A DNA stretch of 64,000 nucleotides, from the NCBI GenBank assembly GCA_002428325.1, contig DIVR01000026.1:9219-73218 (forward strand). The letters run 5' to 3'. The notes beneath the pieces were generated by a model that was not told where the DNA came from, made no database searches, and was given only the letters and a program-made list of their open reading frames with translations. The first letter of the stretch is position 1. The number at the start of each line of letters is the position of its first letter. The position numbers and the translations under genes were made by a program. Positions 19,201 through 28,654 of the stretch are shown piece after piece. This DNA comes from a bacterium UBP4_UBA6127. Its GTDB lineage: Bacteria > UBP4 > UBA4092.

Positions 19201-21420
19201 TTTACAGTTTCTCCCGATGCTCCTCAAAACCATGTAATTGAGTTCAACCTCGAAATTGGCGGTGGGCTCGACACAGGAAGCCTGGATACTGCCAAAGACT
19301 TTCTTCCGGACGATCAAACATGGAATTGTCCTTTTGTAGTGGATATGGGCCAATTCTCCCTTTATGACGGAAGAAACAGCAAGCATACCATTGTCATTGA
19401 TGATACCGTCGCTGATGTTACCACCAGCGCCTTCAATAATGGCAACGGCAGTATTAATCCGGGAGAAATGATTAATTTGAATCTGTCTTTCTGGAACCGT
19501 TATTTTGATCAGCAGATCAATGGTGTTCGCGCCATGTTAAGCACCTATGATCCCAATGTGAATTTAGTAAAAAATAACGTCTTTGTCGGGAAAGTCGGTG
19601 CCCGTAGCATCACCAATCTACCGGAACCTTTTAAGTTTTACACACCCATTGATTTTTCAGTAGATACTATTGCCTTTATCCTGACCCTTTTGGATGACCA
19701 GGGTTTACAATACATCAGTACTTTTGTGGTGAATGTAGAGAAAACCTATCCTCCTCAGGTGGCAGGATTCCCCTTCAACACCGGGAGCCCTATCCGATGC
19801 GCGCCGACAATCGCCGATTTGGATAAGGATGGCATTGCCGATATTATTATCGGAAATGAAGCGGGTGCCATTAATGCCATCAAGCTGGCGCTTCCTGACA
19901 CCGATGCAACCTCTGCGGCAACATTATCCGGATGGCCGGCGAATGCCAATGGAGAAGCTATCCGTGAAGCAGTGGCTGTTGGAGATATAGACGGCAGCGG
20001 CACTAATTCAGTGGTGGCAGTTTCTGAAGGCGGGAATCTCTTCGCCTGGAAGGCCGATGGAACTCCATGGGGCACCAATGGCCTGATTTGGAGCCGTAAT
20101 AATTCCAGCATGCGACTATCATCAGCCCCAGTACTGGTTGATTTGAATAACGATGGAGCTAAAGAGATCGTTGTAGGCGGACAAAACATTGATGGCATAG
20201 ATACTTGGGGTTTACTTTATGCGTTCAACTACCAGGGAAGCACTATAGGGGCTTTTGGAACCGGCAGCACCACTTTGTTAGGTCCAATCAATGCGGCCCC
20301 GGCAGTTGGCAATATAACAGGAGATGATACTCCTGAAGTAATTGTTACCACTCAGGGCGGGGAAATGGCCGTCTTTGATTCAGTTGGAAACCGGATCATC
20401 TATCGGTTGGAAGCCACCGTACCAATAAATGCGCCCCCGGTTCTGTTTGATATCAATAAAGATGGAGCCCTTGATATTATTGCCAAAGCCAGTAACGGAA
20501 ATCTTTTTGCCTGGGGTGCCGATGGTAACAGGATAGCTGGGTTCCCTATCTATATTGGCGGCAGCCAGGTGACCCCTCCTGCAATCGGTGATTTAAATGC
20601 TGATGGCTACCCTGAATTACTGGTGGGCGGTACCGACAGTTTGATAATGATTACTTATGAAAACAATATGCCTACCGAAAGCTTGGTCATCCCGGTTACT
20701 GGATATTATTCGAACAGCCAGCCGGCGATTGCCGATATCAATATAGATGATCTCCCTGAGATTCTGGTCAGCGCACAAGATGGGCGGTTATATACCCTGG
20801 AAGCTGATGGGACCGAAATTTACCGTACCCCTGATCACCAGTTCCAGGACAGCGCTCCGGCAGTTGGTACTTTCAGTAATCCGTATGCTTATCTCATTAA
20901 CGGTGAAGCCGCCAATAACGCAGCGGTAGTCGGCTCACGTGATGGGTATGTTTATGCTTATATCCATTATTACGAATCAGCGCCTCAATCTGCCTATTGG
21001 CCTCAGTTCCGGCATGACAAATTCAATTCCGGTTTATATGAGCAGCCTTCTGACAGTTTCAATATGGCCATTCGCTGGAATACTAACAGCAATCCCTATG
21101 CCAGTGTCTTTGATTATACTGATGATATTGACTGGCTCAGTTTCATGGGGATTTCCGGGCATAATTATCAAATCAGTGTTATCACCCCGGCTGGCAGCAC
21201 CGCCAATCCATTGATTGCGCTGTGTGATTCAACGGGAGCCCAGATGACAGGATTTGTAACCAGCATGGAAAAATCCCTTAATCAGGATGGCATCTACTAT
21301 ATCCAGATTAAAAACAGCAACAGCAACTTCGGAGCTGCCGCTACCTACCAGGTCATCATTACGGATGTTACCGATATTACCGTAATACCTGCAAATATCT
21401 GGGAAGAGTTATCCGAATAA
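16297..21420 (+). CDS. S8 family (subtilisin-like) serine peptidase, 1708 aa, secreted; FG-GAP/VCBS-like beta-propeller region and C-terminal PPC (pre-peptidase) domain
   Basis: Catalytic triad blocks VAVIDTGID (Asp), HGSHVSGIIAA (His) and GTSMAAPHVSAY (Ser). Signal peptide MSRKSRMLKFVSLVLPVLLMVFSLAYSA after a TAAGGAGAAGGGAG RBS (start 16297 rather than ORF-track 16198). Repeats of the D-x-N-x-D-G form (DLDKDGIADIIIG, DLNNDGAKEIVVGG, DINKDGALDIIA, DLNADGYPELLVGG). C-terminal DDIDWLSF...YYIQIKNS resembles a PPC domain. Confidence 0.9.
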   Translation: MSRKSRMLKFVSLVLPVLLMVFSLAYSATETIKLPGNRTTQWEKAKLPAKVSQARVIPNAKDPSKNYAPGELIIRYNDDVAQSHATQLTQSFGFKLKRQGAYLNYQVAKLPSSISVEDAIKKVQKDPNVLYAEPNWYCYASMIPNDPYFNDTVYQVDGIGIDPDEGITLGVFGTSSDYLYVATYQPYLYIMGMPDLPGVSFSDIVAPGFISGLNEGVWSVTQGDGIKVAVIDTGIDFYHEDLRGQYLAGFDYVDNDAFPMDSATVGHGSHVSGIIAAAANNRKGIAGMAPKVKIIPIRVLGTDGTGTNSDVSDGIIAAGKRFKANVINMSLGEEAAFYAAHSKLMYEAITEVKKYGCQIVCSAGNESINYNAVGETRWTFPAMFSGVISVGSWDYMYDDSGVPIKVGYSNYGYQIIDDPDRFGLTFDSEFYGDIRGTDIFAPGGSDTYYPVVSCFPYKAGAPTVDRYQGMMGTSMAAPHVSAYVAMLMTRGITDRKSMLYSLYSTSYNPNNFLYGNFTADWGFGMIDPMYGIYLYEVNQNLAITSYLVNDASTYNIVNNANQILDPGETIDLYLSVTNTGNNVAKNVYGVLSTSDSNVTFIQREAAYGDIESNITIENTTPYKLSLSKVDIGSGYEIRFMLYASYDTGTGDRVTVALPVDIPVSEKGAFISSGGLYHTIDLAKEDPTQQPYDGGLYRYLFDDNNTDDRTSALMGRQEQDGTPVGNSDNYLNIKESRVEFSPELLNNTGTIFTITNSTQSTSPLTGSINIYRDTNPDGGLLSLTDSFEYYLTGTTAFAIGTTSVNAPYVGSVAYPEFDFNVSVRDYTPESGGDEEKGLIKVKNHSPDKAFGYAILEWDLQAYGNVTANWLDRVPVTYCHVTALALDHIEISDPNDNNVIEPGETIRMKAFIRNSSNLPVTSAVAALLTTSDPYVTVAVYRSDYNIPGLDGYPGSNTERATFSPNNSGFEFTVSPDAPQNHVIEFNLEIGGGLDTGSLDTAKDFLPDDQTWNCPFVVDMGQFSLYDGRNSKHTIVIDDTVADVTTSAFNNGNGSINPGEMINLNLSFWNRYFDQQINGVRAMLSTYDPNVNLVKNNVFVGKVGARSITNLPEPFKFYTPIDFSVDTIAFILTLLDDQGLQYISTFVVNVEKTYPPQVAGFPFNTGSPIRCAPTIADLDKDGIADIIIGNEAGAINAIKLALPDTDATSAATLSGWPANANGEAIREAVAVGDIDGSGTNSVVAVSEGGNLFAWKADGTPWGTNGLIWSRNNSSMRLSSAPVLVDLNNDGAKEIVVGGQNIDGIDTWGLLYAFNYQGSTIGAFGTGSTTLLGPINAAPAVGNITGDDTPEVIVTTQGGEMAVFDSVGNRIIYRLEATVPINAPPVLFDINKDGALDIIAKASNGNLFAWGADGNRIAGFPIYIGGSQVTPPAIGDLNADGYPELLVGGTDSLIMITYENNMPTESLVIPVTGYYSNSQPAIADINIDDLPEILVSAQDGRLYTLEADGTEIYRTPDHQFQDSAPAVGTFSNPYAYLINGEAANNAAVVGSRDGYVYAYIHYYESAPQSAYWPQFRHDKFNSGLYEQPSDSFNMAIRWNTNSNPYASVFDYTDDIDWLSFMGISGHNYQISVITPAGSTANPLIALCDSTGAQMTGFVTSMEKSLNQDGIYYIQIKNSNSNFGAAATYQVIITDVTDITVIPANIWEELSE

Positions 21421-21453
21421 TTAATCAGATTATTTCTGATATTATCACCTTTT

Positions 21454-21490
21454 GGCCCGGTCCTGTTACAGGGACCGGGCCTTTGTTTTA
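21454..21490 (+). terminator. Rho-independent terminator (GGCCCGGTCC..GGACCGGGCC followed by TTTGTTTT)
   Basis: 10-bp GC-rich stem followed by a T-rich tract, 3' of the S8 gene. Confidence 0.65.
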
Positions 21491-21547
21491 TAATTAATAG
21501 AATTCGTTTTCACACTAAAATCTATTTGTTCAACAAAGGCATTCGCA

Positions 21548-23134
21548 ATGATTGAAACACAAGTCCTGATAATCGGTTCAGGAATCAGTGGGTGTTCGTC
21601 TGCTATCCATCTGGCTCGAATGGGGTATCAGGTTTTATTGATGAGTTCCTCCAATGATCCCATGGAGTCTTCTACTCGATATGCGCAGGGAGGGATTGTT
21701 ACCCTGGGAACAAAAGATTCCAGGAAAATCCTCTACCAGGATATCCTTCGAGCCGGGGATGGATTATGCAATCCGGTTGCTGCCAAGATATTGTCAGAAG
21801 AAGGTCCTTTATATGTAAAGGAATTCTTGATCGATGATTTAGGTATCCCCTTCTCCCTGTCCCGTAAAGGCGTCTTTGATGTAACCATGGAGGCCGCCCA
21901 TTCCCGCCGCAGAATCCTCCATGTTGCAGATGCGACCGGATTATCAATTGAAGAGTATCTAATGAATGCCATCCGTAAAGAAAAAAATATTACGTTTCTC
22001 AAGGGACGACTCGCCGTTGATTTGATTACCCGTTCCCATCATTCCATCAATCCCCTGGCGGTTTATGAAGACCCTACCGTCGTCGGTGTTTATGCCTTGA
22101 ACCGGAAGAGCCGCCAGATGGAGACAATCCTGGCAGCTAAAACCATTTTGGCCACCGGTGGAATAGGACACATTTATCTTCACACTACCAATCCTTCCTG
22201 CATCAGGGGCGATGGACTCGGGATGGCATACCGCGCAAATGCCCGGTTATTAAATATGGAATACATCCAGTTCCACCCCACTGCTTTTTTCCATCGGGAT
22301 AGTGAGCGTTTCCTCATCTCTGAATCAGTTCGAGGCGAGGGAGCTAAACTCATGAACCGGGCCGGACAATATTTCATGAAAGATTATGATACGGAGATGG
22401 AAGACCTTGCTCCCCGGGATGTTGTGGCTCGGGCTATCCATGAAGAAATGTTACGTCAATCAGATGACCATGTTTACCTGGACCTTTCTTTTATCCGCAA
22501 AAAAGGGATTGATATCGCCCAACGATTCCCTACTATTCACGAGCGGATCCTTCAATATGGAATCGATATCACCAAGGACCCCATCCCGGTTGTCCCCGCT
22601 GCCCATTATTTCTGCGGTGGCATCAAAGTAGATGAATGGGGCTGCACCAACATTAATAATCTCTATGCGATCGGAGAAGTTTCCTGTACTGGTTTACATG
22701 GAGCCAACCGTTTAGCCAGCACCTCTCTTCTGGAAGGGTTGGTTTGGGGAATCCGGAGCGCCAAACATATTCGGGAAACCAATGGAATAACTCCGGCCAA
22801 ACTTAAAATCCCCCAATGGGTACGTTCGGAAATACCGCCCTGGCAGGAAGAAGGTTTGATTGAAGAAACCGATCCAGCCTTGATTATTCAAGATTGGAAC
22901 ACCCTCCGGACAACCATGTGGAATTATGCCGGTATCGTCCGTTCCCAGAAACGATTGGAACGGGCTCATTCGGATTTAGAATATCTGATGCACCGGGTTG
23001 AACGGTTTTATAAGACAACCAAACTGACCGATTCTTTAATTGGCTTGCGAAATTCCATTCAGGTCAGCATTCAGATTATCCGGTCTGCCCTCAGAAATCC
23101 TGTTTCCAGAGGATGCCATTTCCGAAAATCCTAA
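21548..23134 (+). CDS. nadB: L-aspartate oxidase
   Basis: FAD-binding N-terminus VLIIGSGISG. Conserved C-proximal block GGIKVDEWGCTNINNLYAIGEVSCTGLHGANRLASTSLLEGLV is characteristic of NadB. Confidence 0.9.
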   Translation: MIETQVLIIGSGISGCSSAIHLARMGYQVLLMSSSNDPMESSTRYAQGGIVTLGTKDSRKILYQDILRAGDGLCNPVAAKILSEEGPLYVKEFLIDDLGIPFSLSRKGVFDVTMEAAHSRRRILHVADATGLSIEEYLMNAIRKEKNITFLKGRLAVDLITRSHHSINPLAVYEDPTVVGVYALNRKSRQMETILAAKTILATGGIGHIYLHTTNPSCIRGDGLGMAYRANARLLNMEYIQFHPTAFFHRDSERFLISESVRGEGAKLMNRAGQYFMKDYDTEMEDLAPRDVVARAIHEEMLRQSDDHVYLDLSFIRKKGIDIAQRFPTIHERILQYGIDITKDPIPVVPAAHYFCGGIKVDEWGCTNINNLYAIGEVSCTGLHGANRLASTSLLEGLVWGIRSAKHIRETNGITPAKLKIPQWVRSEIPPWQEEGLIEETDPALIIQDWNTLRTTMWNYAGIVRSQKRLERAHSDLEYLMHRVERFYKTTKLTDSLIGLRNSIQVSIQIIRSALRNPVSRGCHFRKS

Positions 23135-23182
23135 GTTTCAGTTTACAATATAAGTAATTTAAATAACCCGGAAAAGGATATT

Positions 23183-24283
23183 ATGGCCACTCGAAAAAAA
23201 AGTAATCCTAAAACGGAGCATCTCGAGGACCTTCGTAAGGAAATTAATAATATTGATGAAGCAATTCTGAAGGCATTGAACCAGAGAACGGATGTTGTCT
23301 TGAAAATTGCCGATATCAAGAAACTCAATAAGACCTCTTTTTATGTCCCGCATCGGGAGCAGCAGATTTATGACCGGCTGATTAAGTTGAATAAAGGTAA
23401 ATTTCCCAAGGAAGCCATTAAAACTGTTTTCAGGGAAATCATGTCAGCCTCTATTTCCCTGGAGAAACCCCTTAAAATTGCCTATCTGGGACCTGAAGCC
23501 TCCTATACCCATATGGCTTGTATGGAGAAATTCGGTTCCCATATGGAATATTGCCCTCAGGATTCCATTGAAGCCGTCTTCATGGAAGTCTCCAAGGGAT
23601 GGGCTGATTATGGTGTGGTGCCTATTGAGAATTCCACCGAGGGGGTTATCAACCATACTCTGGATATGTTCATTGACTCAGAAATTAAGATTTGTTCGGA
23701 GATTATTTTGAATATCTCCCATAACCTTCTGGGCCATGGCGACATTAAAAAAATTAAAAGAGTCTATTCACGGGACAGTGCTCTGGCCCAATGCCGTCAA
23801 TGGCTGGCTAATAATATTCCCCAGGCGGAACTGATTGCTGTTTCCAGCACCACTAAAGGGGTTCAAATGCTTCATAAGAGCCATACCGAAGCCGCTATTG
23901 CCAGTGAATTAGCATCCCAGCTCTATCATGTTCCCATTATGGCCCGAGGCATTGAAGATGCCACCGGGAACAGGACTCGTTTCCTGGTTATTGGAAATAC
24001 GGATACCGCCAGGACTGGCAAGGATAAAACCTCCATTCTATTTTCCATCAAGGATAAGGTCGGTGCCCTGTATGAGGCCCTTTATCCCTTTTATCGAAAC
24101 AAAATCAACCTGACAAAAATCGAATCCCGACCCTCTAAACGTAAAGCATGGGATTATGTCTTTTTTGTAGATTTTGAGGGATATAAGGATGATCCCAAGG
24201 TAGCTAAGACCCTTAATGAGGTTGCTGACCATTGTATTTATCTCAAAGTACTGGGGTCATTTCCATCAAGTCCCAATCGGTAA
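23183..24283 (+). CDS. pheA: Bifunctional chorismate mutase / prephenate dehydratase (P-protein) with ACT domain
   Basis: N-terminal chorismate mutase helix (LRKEINNIDEAILKALNQR). PDT domain with the TRF motif (GNRTRFLVIG). ACT domain with ESRP. Confidence 0.9.
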   Translation: MATRKKSNPKTEHLEDLRKEINNIDEAILKALNQRTDVVLKIADIKKLNKTSFYVPHREQQIYDRLIKLNKGKFPKEAIKTVFREIMSASISLEKPLKIAYLGPEASYTHMACMEKFGSHMEYCPQDSIEAVFMEVSKGWADYGVVPIENSTEGVINHTLDMFIDSEIKICSEIILNISHNLLGHGDIKKIKRVYSRDSALAQCRQWLANNIPQAELIAVSSTTKGVQMLHKSHTEAAIASELASQLYHVPIMARGIEDATGNRTRFLVIGNTDTARTGKDKTSILFSIKDKVGALYEALYPFYRNKINLTKIESRPSKRKAWDYVFFVDFEGYKDDPKVAKTLNEVADHCIYLKVLGSFPSSPNR

Positions 24284-24294
24284 GTTTCTCCTTT

Positions 24295-24346
24295 AAGTGG
24301 GGTAATATCACCCCACTTGAGTTTGTGAGTGGGGTATTTATACCCC
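24295..24346. repeat. Two tandem hairpins sharing GTGGGGTA (AAGTGGGG-N8-CCCCACTT and GGGGTA-N4-TACCCC), possible pheA terminator / REP-like
   Basis: Inverted repeats read directly from the sequence. No clean T-run follows, so a terminator role is uncertain. Confidence 0.45.
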
Positions 24347-24676
24347 AATAATTGATGTTCTAAGGCAGATTTCTTCTTTGAAGAATAGTTTTAAATAGGT
24401 TGATTAATCAGCTCTTTCTTAAAAAGAAATATTAATCATCCAAGATTCTAATACTTGGCATGCCTCTTGCTCTATATATAGATTACATTTCACGGAGCAG
24501 AGCACGCCAATCCCCCTTCGGGTTCTGCTCCTTATTTTTTTGCCCCTTAATATTCCCTGCTGATAATACTTTTCAGAATTTGTTGACAGCACCCATCTTT
24601 CAACCTACATTTAAGCTGTATTTTTGCGAGGTCAGAAAACCCTCCGTGTATTGAAAACCTTTCAAAGGAGTTATTC

Positions 24677-27103
24677 ATGCAAAAGATCAGTTATCTTATT
24701 TTCACAAGCTTGCTTGCCTCCCTTTTAATACTGGGAAATACCGCAAACAGCCTGGCAGCTCCTCCCCTCTACCATGGGTCTCCCTCACTACAATTCGAAC
24801 CCTTATCAACGACTTCCAGCCTGGGGGGAATCATCAGCGATAGCCCTTTGGAAGAAACATCCTACAGTTACTTATCTTCAGGAAGAGTACTTCCAGCCCT
24901 GGGCCAGACAACCACCCCCTATACCTGGACAGTAAGTTATTTTGACCAGGCAACGGCTTCACCCATGGTAAAAAACCTTTATATTGATGAAGCTCCGGTG
25001 GAGATGTCCCTGATTTCCGGAGTTGCCGGGAACGGTACTTATCAGTATTCAGGAACGATGCTTACAGGAATACACAATTTCCGATTCCAGTTTACGGACT
25101 CCTCTGGAGAAACCGTTATCCTGCCTGGCAGCGGAAATTATTCCGGCCCGACAGTTAACACGAATCCAACCTTGAGCCAGGGAAGAGTGGACCAAGCCAT
25201 AGGCAGTCCGACGACCCTTTTTACCTGGATTGTGAATTATAATGATCCGGACTCCCAGGTTCCGGACAGCAAACAAGTCTATATTGATGGGACACCCCAT
25301 ACCATGACTCTTTACAATGGACAGGCCTGGAATGCGATTTATATATTCCAGTCCACTTTAAGTACGGGATTTCATCAATTTTATTTCCAATTTTCCGATT
25401 CCTGGGGAGGAACGGTCCGATTACCGGCAGAAGGGACATACAATGGGCCTACCGTCTCCAATGTGCCAGTATTAGTCAATGCCCAGGTTCTGCCCACCAG
25501 CGGGTTCGAGACCTCAACCTACGCTTATAAAGTGGATTATTTCGATCCCTCAGGATTGGCTCCCTCCCTGGCTCAGATTATACTGGATGGAAACACTGGA
25601 AACATGAGCCTAGTAAAAGGCACACCCGGAAATGGGACCTATGGATATTATTTAGCCAATGTCCTGAAATCGGGCATTCATACTTATGCCTACAATTTCA
25701 CCAATCCTTATGGGATAAATGTCAGAGTTCCCACCTCGGGGACTTTCAGCGCTCCCACGGTAGTTCAATTGACAGCTCCAACCAATCTCAAGGCCAGTGT
25801 CCTCTCCTATACCCAGGTTTATCTAAACTGGACAGATAATTCTTCCGATGAATCAGGTTTTAAGATTGATTATAAAATCGGAGATGGAGAATGGACCTAT
25901 CTGACATCCTTAGGGGCTAATGTGACCCAATATACCCACAGTGGACTGGCACCCTTCAAATGGTACACTTACCGGGTTTATGGTTATAAGTACGATCGAG
26001 TCTCCGGATTAACCAATACGGCCACAGCCGGTCCCGGGTTATGGATCAATCCTATGGGAGATTTCGATGTTTCCTATGATTCAACCCTGTTTGGATTCGA
26101 GACTCCAGCCGAAGCCTCTCAACAGCCCGGCTACTCCTGGATTAACGCTTATAGCGGCAAAACAGGCCTCTTACGGCTTAGCTTCTCTTCCGCTACCCAG
26201 GGAATGAAAATGACCAGCCTGGCGCGGATTGATTCCACTGGAAGCCAACGCTGGCATCGCATCCGGATAACCTATCTGGCGGATAATTTTAATACAGGGA
26301 TTGAAGTTCTGCCCTACCTGTACACTTACCCGACCTTTGTTTCCTATGACATCAAAGACATTGCCGCCACCTGGACAGGCTTAGGTATCCAATCAGCCAA
26401 TGTATGGCATACGGTTGATACCTATCTTTACTCAAGGGAGACCTCCGGATTGATTCAACTCATCGTTAAGAATAATGGGAAACCGGTAAATGTTTATATT
26501 GATTCCATTGAATGGGCCAATATGGCACCCCCTGCCCTGAGTAATCCCGTAGAAATACCTGTTCCCTATGGTGATTTTGATGTAGCTTCGGACTCCACTC
26601 AATGGGGCTATCAGCCAGTCGATGGGTACTCTTCGATTCTTCCCACAATCAGCTGGGAATCAGCCGCTGCAGCTCATGAAGGGGTCCTTTATCTGTATGC
26701 TTCGGAAACCAATCAATGCCTGAAACAGACCTCTCTGGATGCTTTCAATGTCCCAGCCGGACGGAATGCTGTCATGAAGATTAATATTTATCCCGCTATG
26801 GATAATCCGGATGATACCCATGTCATGGCCTTCCTGATGGGAGAAAAGAGTTTCCAGGACATGATCTATGAATTTGGAGCGAATGTTCATATCGGAAATC
26901 TGACCGGTAATCAATGGAATGAATTCTATGCTCCATTGACTTCTATCTCAAGCCAGACCAGCCAACGGCTCCAATTCTTTGTAAAGAATAACACCAATGT
27001 ACCGGCTCATTACTATATTGATGATATTAAGCTGGTTTATGAAGGACCAGTGGTAACAGTCCCTGAAGAATTATCAGCCGAAGGGATTTATCAGAAAGAA
27101 TAA
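24677..27103 (+). CDS. Secreted multi-domain protein: signal peptide, three ~120-aa tandem repeats, an FN3 domain and two C-terminal CBM-like beta-sandwich domains (function unknown)
   Basis: AAGGAG RBS; signal peptide MQKISYLIFTSLLASLLILGNTANSLAAP. Internal repeats begin TWTVSYFDQ..., TWIVNYNDPD..., AYKVDYFDPS.... FN3-like block LTAPTNLKASVLSYTQVYLNWTDN...YTYRVYGY. Two ~190-aa C-terminal repeats begin P(M/Y)GDFDV. Confidence 0.6.
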   Translation: MQKISYLIFTSLLASLLILGNTANSLAAPPLYHGSPSLQFEPLSTTSSLGGIISDSPLEETSYSYLSSGRVLPALGQTTTPYTWTVSYFDQATASPMVKNLYIDEAPVEMSLISGVAGNGTYQYSGTMLTGIHNFRFQFTDSSGETVILPGSGNYSGPTVNTNPTLSQGRVDQAIGSPTTLFTWIVNYNDPDSQVPDSKQVYIDGTPHTMTLYNGQAWNAIYIFQSTLSTGFHQFYFQFSDSWGGTVRLPAEGTYNGPTVSNVPVLVNAQVLPTSGFETSTYAYKVDYFDPSGLAPSLAQIILDGNTGNMSLVKGTPGNGTYGYYLANVLKSGIHTYAYNFTNPYGINVRVPTSGTFSAPTVVQLTAPTNLKASVLSYTQVYLNWTDNSSDESGFKIDYKIGDGEWTYLTSLGANVTQYTHSGLAPFKWYTYRVYGYKYDRVSGLTNTATAGPGLWINPMGDFDVSYDSTLFGFETPAEASQQPGYSWINAYSGKTGLLRLSFSSATQGMKMTSLARIDSTGSQRWHRIRITYLADNFNTGIEVLPYLYTYPTFVSYDIKDIAATWTGLGIQSANVWHTVDTYLYSRETSGLIQLIVKNNGKPVNVYIDSIEWANMAPPALSNPVEIPVPYGDFDVASDSTQWGYQPVDGYSSILPTISWESAAAAHEGVLYLYASETNQCLKQTSLDAFNVPAGRNAVMKINIYPAMDNPDDTHVMAFLMGEKSFQDMIYEFGANVHIGNLTGNQWNEFYAPLTSISSQTSQRLQFFVKNNTNVPAHYYIDDIKLVYEGPVVTVPEELSAEGIYQKE

Positions 27104-27126
27104 ATTCTGTCCATCAGAAAAACTCT

Positions 27127-27170
27127 CCCCCTTGGAAAGAATAAAAACCTTTCCAAGGGGGTTTTTTTAT
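27127..27170 (+). terminator. Rho-independent terminator (CCCCTTGGAAAG..CTTTCCAAGGGG followed by T7)
   Basis: 12-bp perfect stem followed by TTTTTTT. Confidence 0.75.
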
Positions 27171-27320
27171 AAGCAATAAAGGCCGCCACAGATTCTCTGA
27201 GGGTTCTCAATATTTATCATTATCAAAAAATAACCAATATCCTATATTTATCCAGCTTGTTTTCATAGTAGAATCGGATAGCAAGATAAACCTGAATAAA
27301 GAGAAAGGGAGAACTGCCTT

Positions 27321-28490
27321 ATGTCCAAAGTGAAACCTGGTATAGAAGTTTTTTTAAGCGAATATGCCTCCCGGTATGCCGGGAAACATATTGGGCTTAT
27401 CACCAATCCCACCGGAGTAGATTCACAACTCCGTTCCACCGCCGACCTGCTTTTTGAAACACCCGGATTAAAATTAACCGCTCTCTACGGCCCTGAACAC
27501 GGGATTCGGGGGGATATTTTTGCCGGAGAACATATCGCCAATGAGACCGACCGGAAAACAGGGCTCCCAGTCTTCAGCCTATATGGCGCAACCCGCAAAC
27601 CTACCCCTGAAATGTTGGAAGGTATTGATGTTTTTTTCTTCGACATTCAGGATGTGGGAGCCCGATACTATACTTTCATCTATACCATGGCGTATGCCAT
27701 GGAAGCGGCCCGGGATAAAGGCATTGAATTTGTCGTCTTTGACCGGCCCAATCCCATCACCGGAACACTCACCGACGGTCCTGTCCTTGACACCCGCTTT
27801 TCATCGTTTATCGGACTTTATCCCATCCCGATTGTACATGGATTGACAGTGGGAGAACTGGCAAGATTGTTTAATGAGGAATTTGGCATTGGCTGCCAGC
27901 TCACTGTCATCCCAATGGAAGGCTGGCATCGGGAAATGGATTTTTCCCAGACAGGGCTTCCCTGGATTTTGACCTCTCCCCAGATTCCCCAGGCATCGGT
28001 CTGCTGGCATTATGTGATTACCGGTTTCATTGGTGAGTTATTATCATTATCCACAGGAGTTGGATATACCCTGCCCTTTGAGATAATCGGCGCGCCTTTT
28101 ATTCATTCGGATAATCTGGCAGCCAAAATGAACCGCCTGAATCTCCCCGGAATCCTATTCCGGCCCCTGACATTCCGGCCCTGGTATTTCAAATTCAAAG
28201 ATGAACCCTGCGGCGGAGTGCAAATCCATATTACCGATACCCGGCTGCTTCGCCCTATCGAGACAGGACTTCATCTTTTTTCAACTCTTCTTCAGGAATA
28301 CCCGGATGCAGGAATCATGGAGGTAGATGAATCACGAATGAAGATGTTTCATCAGGCCCTTGGAACAGATGCTTATGATTCCCTCCTGAAACAGGGAACC
28401 CCGGTTGAAAATATCATTGAGGATTATAAGCGTAACCTTAATATATTTAATGCTCTAAGACATAATTACTTCTTATATCCCCAGTCCTAA
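27321..28490 (+). CDS. DUF1343 family protein (exo-beta-N-acetylmuramidase NamZ-like)
   Basis: N-terminal pattern GLITNPTGVD...LYGPEHGIRGD is typical of DUF1343/NamZ proteins. GGGAGA RBS. Confidence 0.65.
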   Translation: MSKVKPGIEVFLSEYASRYAGKHIGLITNPTGVDSQLRSTADLLFETPGLKLTALYGPEHGIRGDIFAGEHIANETDRKTGLPVFSLYGATRKPTPEMLEGIDVFFFDIQDVGARYYTFIYTMAYAMEAARDKGIEFVVFDRPNPITGTLTDGPVLDTRFSSFIGLYPIPIVHGLTVGELARLFNEEFGIGCQLTVIPMEGWHREMDFSQTGLPWILTSPQIPQASVCWHYVITGFIGELLSLSTGVGYTLPFEIIGAPFIHSDNLAAKMNRLNLPGILFRPLTFRPWYFKFKDEPCGGVQIHITDTRLLRPIETGLHLFSTLLQEYPDAGIMEVDESRMKMFHQALGTDAYDSLLKQGTPVENIIEDYKRNLNIFNALRHNYFLYPQS

Positions 28491-28502
28491 CTTGATTTGG
28501 AG

Positions 28503-28550
28503 TGTGACCCAGGTTGTAACCATCAGCCTGGGTCACACCCCGTTAAGGGG
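28503..28550. repeat. Conserved hairpin GTGTGACCCAGGTTG-N7-CAGCCTGGGTCACAC followed by CCCCGTTAAGGGG (family copy 2)
   Basis: 15-bp stem with one G-U wobble, in the convergent gap between namZ-like (+) and the PHP gene (-). The tail CCCCGTTNAG is shared with the copy at 57817. Confidence 0.8.
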
Positions 28551-28654
28551 ACCCATCAAAGCCGAAAAAAATGATATTGGAGACGAAGAGAGGGTTGAGA
28601 CAATACAGAACAGAATGATATATCCTTGGTATTAAAATGGTTATATATAAATAC

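Noticed and set aside
24460-24654. 64-aa ORF in the gap upstream of the 808-aa secreted protein gene
   Set aside because: No RBS. It spans a hairpin plus T-run (about 24492..24540) that looks like a terminator or promoter region, and has no recognisable domain.
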